Positions 7,850-16,514 of a DNA stretch of 64,000 nt are shown piece after piece. The position numbers and the translations under genes were made by a program. A model generated the notes under the pieces. The model did not search any database, was not told the DNA's origin, and saw only the letters and a program-made list of their open reading frames with translations. Position 1 is the first letter of the stretch, and each line of letters opens with the position of its first letter. The stretch is from Pseudomonadales bacterium (GTDB lineage Bacteria > Pseudomonadota > Gammaproteobacteria > Pseudomonadales > Azotimanducaceae), in contig JACKNX010000009.1 in assembly GCA_024234635.1 (NCBI GenBank), positions 66,616-130,615 on the forward strand. The letters run 5' to 3'.

Positions 7850-8416
7850 TCAGTCGTTGTCTGGCAACTCCACGTCATCGTGGGTCTTGAGCCAGGCCAT
7901 CACCACCTTCCACTTGCGCTTCACGGTGGAAACGGACAGCTCCATGGCCAGCGCGGTTTCCTCGATGGTCATGCCCGCGAACGCCCGCGCTTCGAACAGA
8001 CGTACGTACTCCGGATCGATGGCCTCCAGCTCGTTGAGCATCTCGTCAAGTTCCAGCAGATCCTGCACTGGCACGTATTCACCAGCCAGGTCGCCGGTGA
8101 AGCGCGTCTGCAGCGCCTGGTCGCGCTTGCGGGCCCGCAGCCGCCGGCTTTCGTCCACCAGAATCTCGCGCATGATGCGCCCGGCCAGACCAAAAAAATG
8201 CGCCCGGCCGTTGAGATCCATGCGGTTGATGTTCACCAGGCGCATATACGCTTCATTGACGAGCGCGGTGGGTTGCAGGTCAGCCACGCCGCCTTCACGC
8301 CAGAGTTGCTGCGCGGCGTGCCTGCGCAGCTCGTCGTACAGCGCCGCGACCACTTCGCCGCGTTCGGCCTGTGACTCATTGGACCAGTTGGCGAGAATCC
8401 GCGTGACATCCGTCAT
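7850..8416 (-). CDS. ECF-type sigma-70 factor, Ser/Thr-kinase-associated (ECF43 / Sig70_X6-like) type, copy 1
   Basis: Trimmed to ATG 8414-8416 (MTDVTRILANWS...) by alignment with its paralog at 55413. Motifs ALYDELRRHAAQQL, LQPTALVNEAYMRLV and region 4 MTIEETALAMELSVSTVKRKWKVVMAWL. Confidence 0.9.
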   Translation of the reverse strand: MTDVTRILANWSNESQAERGEVVAALYDELRRHAAQQLWREGGVADLQPTALVNEAYMRLVNINRMDLNGRAHFFGLAGRIMREILVDESRRLRARKRDQALQTRFTGDLAGEYVPVQDLLELDEMLNELEAIDPEYVRLFEARAFAGMTIEETALAMELSVSTVKRKWKVVMAWLKTHDDVELPDND

Positions 8417-8475
8417 GACATCGCCCACGTCTGCCTTCACCCCTTCGAATCGAGTGTGGCACGCCGCGTTCCGGC

Positions 8476-8724
8476 GTGACAACTCAGCGGATTTTCTCCA
8501 TGCCGGGTGATCCGCACACCAACCGACGCCTGTTGGCGCTGATTGAGCAGACATTGATGCAGCCCGCTGAGGAGCAGGAAGCCTGGTTGACGGCAAATTG
8601 CCCGCCCGCTCTCCTCGCAACGGCGCAACGTTTGCTGGCGGCCGCCGTCGACGCGCCCGACACGCGTCCCGTTGCGGTAACGCTGGTGGCCTCCTACCTG
8701 GAGCGTCGCGCCCGCCGGGGGTGA
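8476..8724 (+). CDS. small ORF resembling the N-terminal pre-kinase segment of the Ser/Thr kinase at 56732 (orphan module or kinase remnant)
   Basis: RRLLALIEQTLMQPAEEQEAWLTANCPPALLATAQRLLAA aligns by eye with RALELFFRALEEPAADRKAWIVRNTADNLPLQEAVLRLHAA of the 828-aa kinase. Divergent from sigma copy 1. Start uncertain (GTG 8476 or ATG 8500) and no clear RBS. Confidence 0.5.
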   Translation: MTTQRIFSMPGDPHTNRRLLALIEQTLMQPAEEQEAWLTANCPPALLATAQRLLAAAVDAPDTRPVAVTLVASYLERRARRG

Positions 8725-8828
8725 AGCGCCGCCAGCCCGGCGCGCGGAAGCAGTGCGCCCCGGGTGCTTGCCGGTATCAGTGTCCGACGTCGGCGTTCAC
8801 GAACAATGCGGGCTGGTGTGCTGAGCGC

Positions 8829-11555
8829 TCACCGTCGACGCACGAGCTGCGAGGTGGGTGTGCGCAACTGATCACCCCGCAGATCGAACGGAAACGGCGC
8901 CATGGGCGGCGGATACACGGGCACACAGCCCTGATAGGCACAGTTCTGTCCACCCTCGATTCGCAGTTGCAGCTGGTTCCCCTGCACCGCGTAACGCCCC
9001 CACAACTCCATGCGCTGACTGTTGTTGAACGCGGTTTCCACCTGACGGAATTCGCCTGCGGCGGAAAATTCGACCTGCAGGTAGCTGACGGCTGTCTGTC
9101 CTTCCCAGTAACCCACCAGGGGATTGCGGGGTGCCTGCGGTGTGACGGGTGGCTGGTTGCCACCGTCAGGCGCGGGCACGCCACCATCGAGCCGCGCGGT
9201 ACGCGTGACTTCGATGATGTTGCCCACTGCATGGCCTGCGCCGCCGATCAGCGTCTTGATCCACAGGGTGTCGGGGCGAGCGGGATCGGCCAGCAGCAGG
9301 AAGGTGTCGCGCCCCATGATGCGCTTGCCATCCTGGGAGACGGTGAGCAGGTGCAGCGACGGCAACAGCCGGTTGTCGAGACGGGCCAGGAACTGGAAGT
9401 CACGGATTTCGGGCGCCAGCAGATCCTTGTTGATCAGCAGCCGCGCCAGATTGCTGCCCGGCTCGGTTTCTGCCTCGATACCAAACGCCGGCTGTCCCGA
9501 ATCATCCGCCCACACGCCCGCCAGCGCCGCCATGGTCAATTTGCGCGCGCCCTCCAGGCCCGCCCGAATGTCGGCGCGCGGCGGCACCACCCGAACAGTG
9601 GCACTGTTGCTGCCGGTATCGCCGGTGAGGGTTTCGGCAATCGCCCACGACCGGTAATCCCCTTCGGGCACTTCATCGAGAATGAGTTCCAGTCCCTGCT
9701 TCCAGGGCATGCGGGCGCCCTTCATCAACTGCGGCTCGCCAGTGTCCGGGATGAAGTCGTACAGCAGGGTCAGCATGTCGTCCGCCGCCGGCTCCACCTC
9801 GCGGGGAACCAGGCGACCGCCGCTCTGCTCGACAAGCAGCACCACGCTTTCGGCGCGCCAGGACACCAGGTCAAACAGCACAACCGCCTGGTGGGTGCCC
9901 TCCTTGGCGCTTTCCAGCAGCACCTGAATGCCGGCGGTTCTGCCCTGCCCCGTCTGCAGCGCCCGCGAGTCCAGCGTCGCAAACCCCGCGACCTCGCCGT
10001 TCGTCACGGCATAGGTCATGGGCGCCACCTCCATCTCCATGCGCGCGACGTCGCCTTTGAAGTCCGGCATCAGCAGATCCGCCGCGCTCCCCTTGGCCGC
10101 CAGTTTCTGGGCCAGGAAACGGCTGTCCGAGAGATAACCGTTGCTGTAGATCAGGTGGCCCTTCTGCTCCGGTACGTAACGCCCCACGAGCCCGGATACC
10201 CACAGCAGGTTGGCGCCCTCCACTTCGATCTTCAGCGTGGAGTTGTCGAGCATCGAGCCTTCCTGCACCGGCGTGGTGGTGCCGGCCTTCACGTACGCCA
10301 TGCGCCGGACCGTGGGCGCACGCTTGTTGGCCGTCTGCTGTTCGTGCAGACGCGCCAGCCAGCGCGGCCAGTTGCTCGCGCCGGCGAAACGGGTTTTGAG
10401 ATAGTCCGCGTTGAAAGCGCTGGCAAGCGGTGGCGCGTAGACAGACAGGCCGTGGCTGTTGTGATGCCGCTGCGAGACATGGCTGTCCATGACGGCCGCG
10501 TCCATCGCCCGGACCAGCGCCTGGTATTCCTGCTCGGCCGGAAAGCGCTGGCCCATGGCGTTGCGCATGCGCTTGAGAATGTCCATGAGGTCGGAGCTGG
10601 CGAGCGCCGCCGTGCCCCGTTTCAGTGCTTCGGCCTTGCCGCTGACTTCGAAGCTGTCGGCCCAGAACAGCGATCGGGAGATTACGGGCCAATCCGTCGA
10701 CAGCACGCCGTCCAGCCGCACGAGCAGCGCGTTGAGCGCCCCGTTCACATCGCCAAGCGCGCGCAGATCGATGGCCGACTGGGTGGCAACCAGTTCATTG
10801 ACCGAGTCGGTGTACTCCGCATACCGGCGCACCACCGACTGCGCCAGTCGCCGCGGACCGCGGGCGCTCTGGCCGAATTCCGGCAACAGTACGGCATATG
10901 GCCAGCCGTAGGAGGGCTCCACCGCCTGGGACGCCACCATGAAGTCCGCCACGTCGGCAATCTCCCAGGCCATTTCGAGCTGCGCCATGAGACACATGTC
11001 GAAACCGATGAGGTCGAGCCGACGGCCCGCTGGCAACGCCGCGCGCAGGGCCGCGCCCACCTCGGTGATGGACAGGTTGTCATGCTCGCCGGCGCCAGCG
11101 GGGTCCAGATCGTCGGCCATGCCCTGCCAGCCGCCGCCGTGATCCCACAGCACCAGGCCGGTGTGCTTGGCCGGAAAGTTCGTGGTGACAAAACGCACGA
11201 AGTCGGTCAGGGAGGCCGGGGCGCCCGTATTGATCTCACCCAGGCGCACCAGTTCCTGCAGCGCCAGCGTCCCCTGGTCCTGATTCGGCCGCATGCGCAG
11301 CACACGCGCGTCCGTCCAGTCGCCGACACCGTCGGCATAGCCCTTCGCCCGGTCCATGAGCACGATGACTTCCATGCCGGTTGCCGGCATGCCGGCTTCG
11401 ATCTCGTCGAGATCGATCAGCGCCGCCTGCTCGAGATCGTTGTCCGCGGCCATGTAGATCATCAGCGTCCAGTCCAGCGGCGCCTGCTCGGCACGCACCG
11501 GCACCGCCAGCATCGCGCAAGCCAGGAAGAGCGCCCCAAGCAGCTCGCTACGCAT
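8829..11555 (-). CDS. secreted clostripain-family (C11) cysteine peptidase with a long C-terminal extension
   Basis: Signal peptide LGALFLACAMLAVPVRA. LMIYMAADNDLE, LVLWDHGGGW (His) and LIGFDMCLMAQLE (Cys) are the C11 His/Cys dyad contexts. 908 aa. Confidence 0.85.
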   Translation of the reverse strand: MRSELLGALFLACAMLAVPVRAEQAPLDWTLMIYMAADNDLEQAALIDLDEIEAGMPATGMEVIVLMDRAKGYADGVGDWTDARVLRMRPNQDQGTLALQELVRLGEINTGAPASLTDFVRFVTTNFPAKHTGLVLWDHGGGWQGMADDLDPAGAGEHDNLSITEVGAALRAALPAGRRLDLIGFDMCLMAQLEMAWEIADVADFMVASQAVEPSYGWPYAVLLPEFGQSARGPRRLAQSVVRRYAEYTDSVNELVATQSAIDLRALGDVNGALNALLVRLDGVLSTDWPVISRSLFWADSFEVSGKAEALKRGTAALASSDLMDILKRMRNAMGQRFPAEQEYQALVRAMDAAVMDSHVSQRHHNSHGLSVYAPPLASAFNADYLKTRFAGASNWPRWLARLHEQQTANKRAPTVRRMAYVKAGTTTPVQEGSMLDNSTLKIEVEGANLLWVSGLVGRYVPEQKGHLIYSNGYLSDSRFLAQKLAAKGSAADLLMPDFKGDVARMEMEVAPMTYAVTNGEVAGFATLDSRALQTGQGRTAGIQVLLESAKEGTHQAVVLFDLVSWRAESVVLLVEQSGGRLVPREVEPAADDMLTLLYDFIPDTGEPQLMKGARMPWKQGLELILDEVPEGDYRSWAIAETLTGDTGSNSATVRVVPPRADIRAGLEGARKLTMAALAGVWADDSGQPAFGIEAETEPGSNLARLLINKDLLAPEIRDFQFLARLDNRLLPSLHLLTVSQDGKRIMGRDTFLLLADPARPDTLWIKTLIGGAGHAVGNIIEVTRTARLDGGVPAPDGGNQPPVTPQAPRNPLVGYWEGQTAVSYLQVEFSAAGEFRQVETAFNNSQRMELWGRYAVQGNQLQLRIEGGQNCAYQGCVPVYPPPMAPFPFDLRGDQLRTPTSQLVRRR

Positions 11556-11579
11556 ACCTTTCCCCGTTCGCCGCCGCGC

Positions 11580-11909
11580 CTACCAGTTCCAGTCGTCCTG
11601 CTGTTGCGGCTGCTGCCATGGCTGCTGATAGCCCTGCGGCATGCCATTCGGGTAATAGGGGTTCTGCATGCCATTCGGTCCGTACGGCGACTGCGGGCCA
11701 TAAGGCATCTGAGGACCGAACTGCTGCTGAAACATCTGGTTGGTCTGCTGCATCGACTGCAGCATCTGCTGGTTCTGCTGTTCGATCATCTGCTGCTGTT
11801 GCTGCAGCTGATCCGCCATCATCGATTCCGGTGTCGGCGCCAGCAGTCTCAGAATGAACAACAGGCCGGCCAGGACCAGCACCACGATCATCGGTACGCT
11901 GAGTTTCAT
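11580..11909 (-). CDS. single-pass membrane protein with Q-rich and P/Y/G-rich tail
   Basis: ATG 11907-11909 behind GAAGAGG. TM segment PMIVVLVLAGLLFILRLL, then QLQQQQQMIEQQNQQMLQSMQQ and PYGPQSPYGPNGMQNPYYPNGMPQGYQQPWQQPQQQDDWNW. Stops 24 nt before the C11 peptidase start. Confidence 0.75.
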   Translation of the reverse strand: MKLSVPMIVVLVLAGLLFILRLLAPTPESMMADQLQQQQQMIEQQNQQMLQSMQQTNQMFQQQFGPQMPYGPQSPYGPNGMQNPYYPNGMPQGYQQPWQQPQQQDDWNW

Positions 11910-12077
11910 GTCACACGCCTCTTCAATGGTTACCCTGCAGCTATAGGCGCAGCCGGAACGCGGAATGGCTCAGGGCGGCCGCCATCCCCTTGCCAGTGGC
12001 CGGTGCAGCACGCACGATGCGCTGCCGCAATCTGGGAAACGCCCGTGGTCGCGCCCCCGTCCAGGCCCTCCGGGACC

Positions 12078-13235
12078 ATGCCCGCCGCCATCTGGGCACT
12101 CGGCTTCGTCAGCCTGCTGATGGATGTTTCGTCGGAGATGATCCACAGCCTGTTGCCACTGTTCCTCGTCGGCACGCTGGGTGCGGCGGCAACCACCGTT
12201 GGCGTCATCGAAGGCATCGCGGAAGCCACCGCCCTCGTCGTGAAGATCTTTTCCGGCGTGCTCAGCGACTGGCTGGGCAAACGCAAGGCGCTCGCCGTCG
12301 CCGGCTACGCGCTGGGCGCGCTCAGCAAACCACTGTTCGCCATCGCCTCGTCCACCGGCGTCGTACTGGCGGCACGGTTCATCGACCGCGTGGGCAAGGG
12401 CATTCGCGGTGCGCCGCGCGACGCGCTCGTTGCCGACATCGCACCGCCCGACATCCGCGGCGCCGCCATTGGCCTGCGTCAGTCACTGGATACCGTTGGG
12501 GCGTTTGTCGGACCACTGCTCGGCGTCGCGCTCATGCTGCTGTGGGCCAATGACTTTCGGGCCGTGTTCATGGTCGCCATCGTGCCCGGGCTGCTGGCGG
12601 TGGTACTGCTCATGGTTGGCGTACACGAACCCGCGCAGAAGGGCAGCACACACCGCACCAATCCACTCCGGCGTGCCAACCTGGCACGGCTGCCACGCGC
12701 CTACTGGCACGTGGTGGGCATTGGCGCTGCGTTTACCCTGGCACGGTTCAGCGAAGCCTTCCTGGTGCTGCGTGCCGCCGACACCGGCATCGCCACCGCC
12801 CTGGTACCCCTGGTGATGGTGGCAATGAACGTGGTCTATTCGCTGAGCGCGTATCCATTCGGCAGCCTGTCCGATCGCCTGCCCCACGGCATGCTGCTGG
12901 CCTGGGGTCTCGTTGTGCTCATCGCGGCCGATCTGGTGCTCGCGACGGTGCCCGGCATTCCCGGCGCACTCGCCGGCATTACGCTGTGGGGCGTGCACAT
13001 GGGCATGACGCAGGGCCTGCTGCTGCGCATGATCGCCGACGCCGCACCGGCGGATCTGCGCGGCACCGCCTACGGCATGTTCAACCTGGTGAGCGGCGGC
13101 GCCATGCTCGCGGCCAGCGTACTCGCCGGTGTCCTGTGGGACACGCTCGGCAGTGCCGCCACATTCCTCGGCGGCGGCGCCTTCGCGGCGATCACGCTCC
13201 TGGCACTGCTCACGCGCCGCCGCGCACCGGCCTGA
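12078..13235 (+). CDS. MFS transporter
   Basis: Only the last 385 aa of track ORF 8598..13235 look coding. About 12 hydrophobic helices and an MFS-like loop DRVGKGIRGAPRDA. ATG at 12078. Confidence 0.85.
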   Translation: MPAAIWALGFVSLLMDVSSEMIHSLLPLFLVGTLGAAATTVGVIEGIAEATALVVKIFSGVLSDWLGKRKALAVAGYALGALSKPLFAIASSTGVVLAARFIDRVGKGIRGAPRDALVADIAPPDIRGAAIGLRQSLDTVGAFVGPLLGVALMLLWANDFRAVFMVAIVPGLLAVVLLMVGVHEPAQKGSTHRTNPLRRANLARLPRAYWHVVGIGAAFTLARFSEAFLVLRAADTGIATALVPLVMVAMNVVYSLSAYPFGSLSDRLPHGMLLAWGLVVLIAADLVLATVPGIPGALAGITLWGVHMGMTQGLLLRMIADAAPADLRGTAYGMFNLVSGGAMLAASVLAGVLWDTLGSAATFLGGGAFAAITLLALLTRRRAPA

Positions 13236-13303
13236 TTTCCGTGCACCGCGGGTTCATGTTATGAAGCCCCGCACGATTCCCAGGTCACGCTGACGGAGTT
13301 CCC

Positions 13304-14509
13304 ATGCCCGGTCCCCTGCACGGCATCCGCATCATCGATTTCACCACCATGATCGCCGGCCCCTACGCCACCATGATCCTGGCCGACCAGGGCGCGGACG
13401 TGATCAAGGTGGAAGCGCCGGTACGCAGCGATCACGTGCGTCGCGCGGGTTATGGTCAGCGCGAATTCACCGCGGCGTTCCTCAACAACAATCGCAACAA
13501 GCGGTCGCTGTCGCTGGACGTCAAGCAGGACGCCGGACGCTCGGTACTGATGAAGCTGGCAGCCACGGCGGATGTGTTCGTGCAGAACTTCCGACCTGGC
13601 GTCATGGCACGGCTCGGCATCGACTACGACGATCTGAAAGCTGTGAATCCCCGCCTGATCTACGTGTCCATGAGCGGCTGGGGGGAAACAGGTCCCTACG
13701 CACACAAGCCGGTGTACGACCCGATCATACAGGCGCTGTCAGGGCTGGCCAGCGTGCAGGGCGGCTCGGACGAAGCACGTCCGCGCCTGATACGCACCAT
13801 CGTGCCGGACAAGGTGACCGGCATCACCGCCGCGCAAGCCGTGTCCGCGGCCTTGTTCGCCCGCGAACGCACCGGCGAAGGGCAGCACGTGAGGCTGTCG
13901 ATGCTGGATTCGGTGGTGGCGTTCCTCTGGTCGTCCGACATGGGCGGGCAAACTTTTGTGGGCAGGGAGGTCAGCGTGTCGCGTGCCGCCACCTTCATCG
14001 ATCTCATCTACGAGACGCTGGACGGCTATATCAGCGTGTCGGTGATGAGCAACGATCAATGGGAAGGGCTATGTCACGCCGTGGGGCATCCCGAGTGGCT
14101 GCACGACGACCGTTTCCGCACACCGGCCGGACGCGACCGTCATGCCAATGAACGACTGGAACTCACCCAGTCCGCGCTGCTGGAACGCAGCGCGGAGGAA
14201 TGGCTGCGCATACTCGACGAGGCCGGCGTGCCCTGCGCACCCGTGCTGCACCGGCACCAGATGATCGCGCACCCGCAGGTGCAGGCCACAGGCATCGTCA
14301 CCGAGTCCGAGCATCCGCACGCCGGACGCATCCGCCAGGCGCGCAACGCCGCACGTTTCGAGGGCACGCCGGCGGAACTGCGCATGGGCGCACCGCACCT
14401 GGGTGAGCACACGCGCGCGCTGCTGCGGGAACTCGGCTACGACGATGACTCGCAGCAGGCGCTGCTGGACGGTGGCATCGTCAGCAGCCTGCATGCGGTC
14501 GATGCATGA
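13304..14509 (+). CDS. CoA-transferase family III (CaiB/BaiF-type)
   Basis: N-terminal GPLHGIRIIDFTTMIAGPYATMILADQGADVIKVE is the family signature. 401 aa. Confidence 0.9.
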   Translation: MPGPLHGIRIIDFTTMIAGPYATMILADQGADVIKVEAPVRSDHVRRAGYGQREFTAAFLNNNRNKRSLSLDVKQDAGRSVLMKLAATADVFVQNFRPGVMARLGIDYDDLKAVNPRLIYVSMSGWGETGPYAHKPVYDPIIQALSGLASVQGGSDEARPRLIRTIVPDKVTGITAAQAVSAALFARERTGEGQHVRLSMLDSVVAFLWSSDMGGQTFVGREVSVSRAATFIDLIYETLDGYISVSVMSNDQWEGLCHAVGHPEWLHDDRFRTPAGRDRHANERLELTQSALLERSAEEWLRILDEAGVPCAPVLHRHQMIAHPQVQATGIVTESEHPHAGRIRQARNAARFEGTPAELRMGAPHLGEHTRALLRELGYDDDSQQALLDGGIVSSLHAVDA

Positions 14510-14946
14510 CAGCGACCCGCGAACAGGACAGCCAGCTGCCCGCGGCAACCCGTCGCGCCTACCGCAAGGCCCGCTACAGGGTCTTCACGGAGCCGCCATT
14601 GACGCTCAGGGTCGGCGAGCCAAATGCCCGTCTCGCCAGGGTGCATCGCCAGTACGGCGTAACCTGCAGCGCCTTCGTCACGGCCTGCAACCCCCGTGGT
14701 GAGATGGGTACGGACGGCGAAAATCACGCACGTCAGCAGGCACTGGCGGTCAACCTGGACCAGAAAGGTCACGCACGGCTGACGGGCATTGGCGAGGATC
14801 CTGCGGGCGAGTGGCCTGGTGAAGCGAATTTTCTCATCCTCGGCATGAACCGCGAAGAGGCGGCCGACCTTGGTGCGCAATGGGGACAGAACGCGGTAGT
14901 GTGGGCCGGCGCGGATGCCACACCGGAACTGATCTTCCTGCGTTGA
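14506..14946 (+). CDS. DUF3293-like protein
   Basis: ATGA overlap with the upstream gene. Segments FVTACNPRG...N and GEWPGEANFLILGM recalled as DUF3293-like. Confidence 0.6.
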   Translation: MTATREQDSQLPAATRRAYRKARYRVFTEPPLTLRVGEPNARLARVHRQYGVTCSAFVTACNPRGEMGTDGENHARQQALAVNLDQKGHARLTGIGEDPAGEWPGEANFLILGMNREEAADLGAQWGQNAVVWAGADATPELIFLR

Positions 14947-14965
14947 CCCGTGGCGGAGACCCGCC

Positions 14966-15982
14966 TCAGGTTCCGGTTTTCAATGCGGCATCCTCTGACG
15001 TGTCCGCCCCGGTCACCTGTTTCGCCGGCGCCACGGGCAGGCGAATGCGGAACTGCGTGCCTTCGTCCACACGCGAGTCGACGCTGATCTCGCCGCCATG
15101 TTCCTCGACGATGCTGTGACAGATGGCGAGTCCGAGTCCCGTGCCCTCACCCACCGGCTTGGTGGTGAAGAACGGCGTGAACAGCTTGGTCAGATTCTCC
15201 GGCGGGATACCGCAGCCATTGTCGCGTACTTCGATGAATACGCTCGCACCGTCACTGTAGGTGGCCACGCGAATCCAGCAGTTCTCCCCCGCCGACTGAC
15301 TGGCGTTGACCAGCAGATTGAGAACGACCTGGCCCAGCCGGTGCACGCTGCCCAGTACAGGCGGCACCTCCTGCAGATCCTCTTCCACGGTGCATTTGTA
15401 CTTGACCTGGTTGCGCGCCATTGTCAGTGCCGCGCGCACGGATTCATTGACGTTGATTTCAACTTTGCTGACACCATCCGCACGCGCAAAGTTCTTGAGG
15501 TCTTCCACGATCTCCTTCACCCGCAGCAGGCCCTCGCGGGTCTCCGCAAGCAGCGCCACGGAATCCTCGAGCAGGTAGTCCAGACTTTCCCGGGCAGCAA
15601 AATCCTCGAAACGCGAGCGCAGCTCGGCCGGTGCGACACCATCCCCGAGTGCAGTGCGAATCACGTCGAATCCCTGCTGGTAGACAGCCACGTAGTCGGC
15701 AAGCGTCGTCACATTGCTCAACACGAAACCAACCGGGTTGTTGATCTCGTGCGCCACCCCTGCCGACAACACGCCAAGCGATGCCAGCTTCTCCTGCCGG
15801 ATCATCTGCTTCTGGTTGCGCCTGAGATCGTCCATCGCGGCGCGCAGCGCCTCCGAGGCGTCAAACAGTTCACGGGATTTGTTTTCCAGCAGGTGTTCGG
15901 CTTTCTGACGCCGCGCACGCTCCCGATCGAGCGCGCGCCGGAGTACGTCGGAGGGCGTCGCCGAAGGGGGTTCAGGCTGCAT
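14966..15982 (-). CDS. hnoK: cytoplasmic histidine kinase, H-NOX-associated (HnoK-like)
   Basis: H-box LGVLSAGVAHEINNPV. N, G1 and G2 boxes (LLVNASQS, VRDNGCGI, GTGLGLAI). No TM segment. ATG 15980-15982 overlaps the H-NOX gene end by 11 nt. Confidence 0.8.
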   Translation of the reverse strand: MQPEPPSATPSDVLRRALDRERARRQKAEHLLENKSRELFDASEALRAAMDDLRRNQKQMIRQEKLASLGVLSAGVAHEINNPVGFVLSNVTTLADYVAVYQQGFDVIRTALGDGVAPAELRSRFEDFAARESLDYLLEDSVALLAETREGLLRVKEIVEDLKNFARADGVSKVEINVNESVRAALTMARNQVKYKCTVEEDLQEVPPVLGSVHRLGQVVLNLLVNASQSAGENCWIRVATYSDGASVFIEVRDNGCGIPPENLTKLFTPFFTTKPVGEGTGLGLAICHSIVEEHGGEISVDSRVDEGTQFRIRLPVAPAKQVTGADTSEDAALKTGT

Positions 15983-16514
15983 TGAACTCCATCTCCAGTT
16001 CGCACCGGTCGGCGCCGCGATGCATGCACACGTCATGCGCGATGCGACAACGTTCACCGAAATGATCCGCCGCACCCTGCACGAGGCCTTCGGCCAGCGC
16101 ACAGAGCCGCCGCGGTGACCGGTAGACCATCGTCAACGCGTCCGGCCGGTCGTCGCGATAGCGGAACTCCGGTAGCCCCGCGTCCGGGAACAGTTTGCGC
16201 ACCTCCTTGTGCACCACCGCGTCAACGGTGAGCAGGAACTGCTTCAGGGTCTGGCCTTCCGGAAAGAACATCGGATACTGCTCGACGAATGCGGGCATCA
16301 TGTAGCGTCCGAACGCCGGCACCAGCGCCGAAGCCTCGATACCGGTGGCTTTCGATGCCGCCTCCACGAGCGCATAGAGTTCCTCGTCCGGATACGATTC
16401 GGTCGCGACATAGACCCCTTCCAGGCCGGTCGCGAGCAACAGACCATCCCACGCTTCGATGCCATAGCTGGACTCGACCATGTCCGCCAGGATGTTGAAC
16501 ACAACTCCTTTCAC
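15972..16514 (-). CDS. hnoX: H-NOX (heme-NO/O2 binding) sensor protein
   Basis: (M/V)KGVVFNILADMVE N-terminus, candidate proximal His in DAVVHKEVRKLFP, and Y-x-S-x-R motif (MVYRSPRRL). GTG start overlaps the upstream stop (GTGA). Confidence 0.85.
   Translation of the reverse strand: MKGVVFNILADMVESSYGIEAWDGLLLATGLEGVYVATESYPDEELYALVEAASKATGIEASALVPAFGRYMMPAFVEQYPMFFPEGQTLKQFLLTVDAVVHKEVRKLFPDAGLPEFRYRDDRPDALTMVYRSPRRLCALAEGLVQGAADHFGERCRIAHDVCMHRGADRCELEMEFNAA

Noticed and set aside
8435-8456. 7-bp hairpin CACGCCG-GAACG-CGGCGTG and a GGAAC motif upstream of sigma copy 1, as a possible ECF autoregulatory promoter
   Set aside because: No matching -10 element at a convincing spacing was found, and no equivalent motif was found upstream of sigma copy 2 or of the small TM genes.
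7850-8620. 256-aa version of ECF sigma copy 1
   Set aside because: The paralog at 55413 begins MTDVTQIL. The same MTDVTRIL occurs at codon 69 here, and the upstream 68 codons have no counterpart and overlap the divergent ORF. Trimmed to 7850..8416.
8598-13235. 1545-aa plus-strand ORF, the longest in the track
   Set aside because: For most of its length it is antisense to the well-supported C11 peptidase and the small TM gene. High GC suppresses stop codons on the opposite strand. Only the last 385 codons (12078-13235, MFS transporter) look like a real protein.
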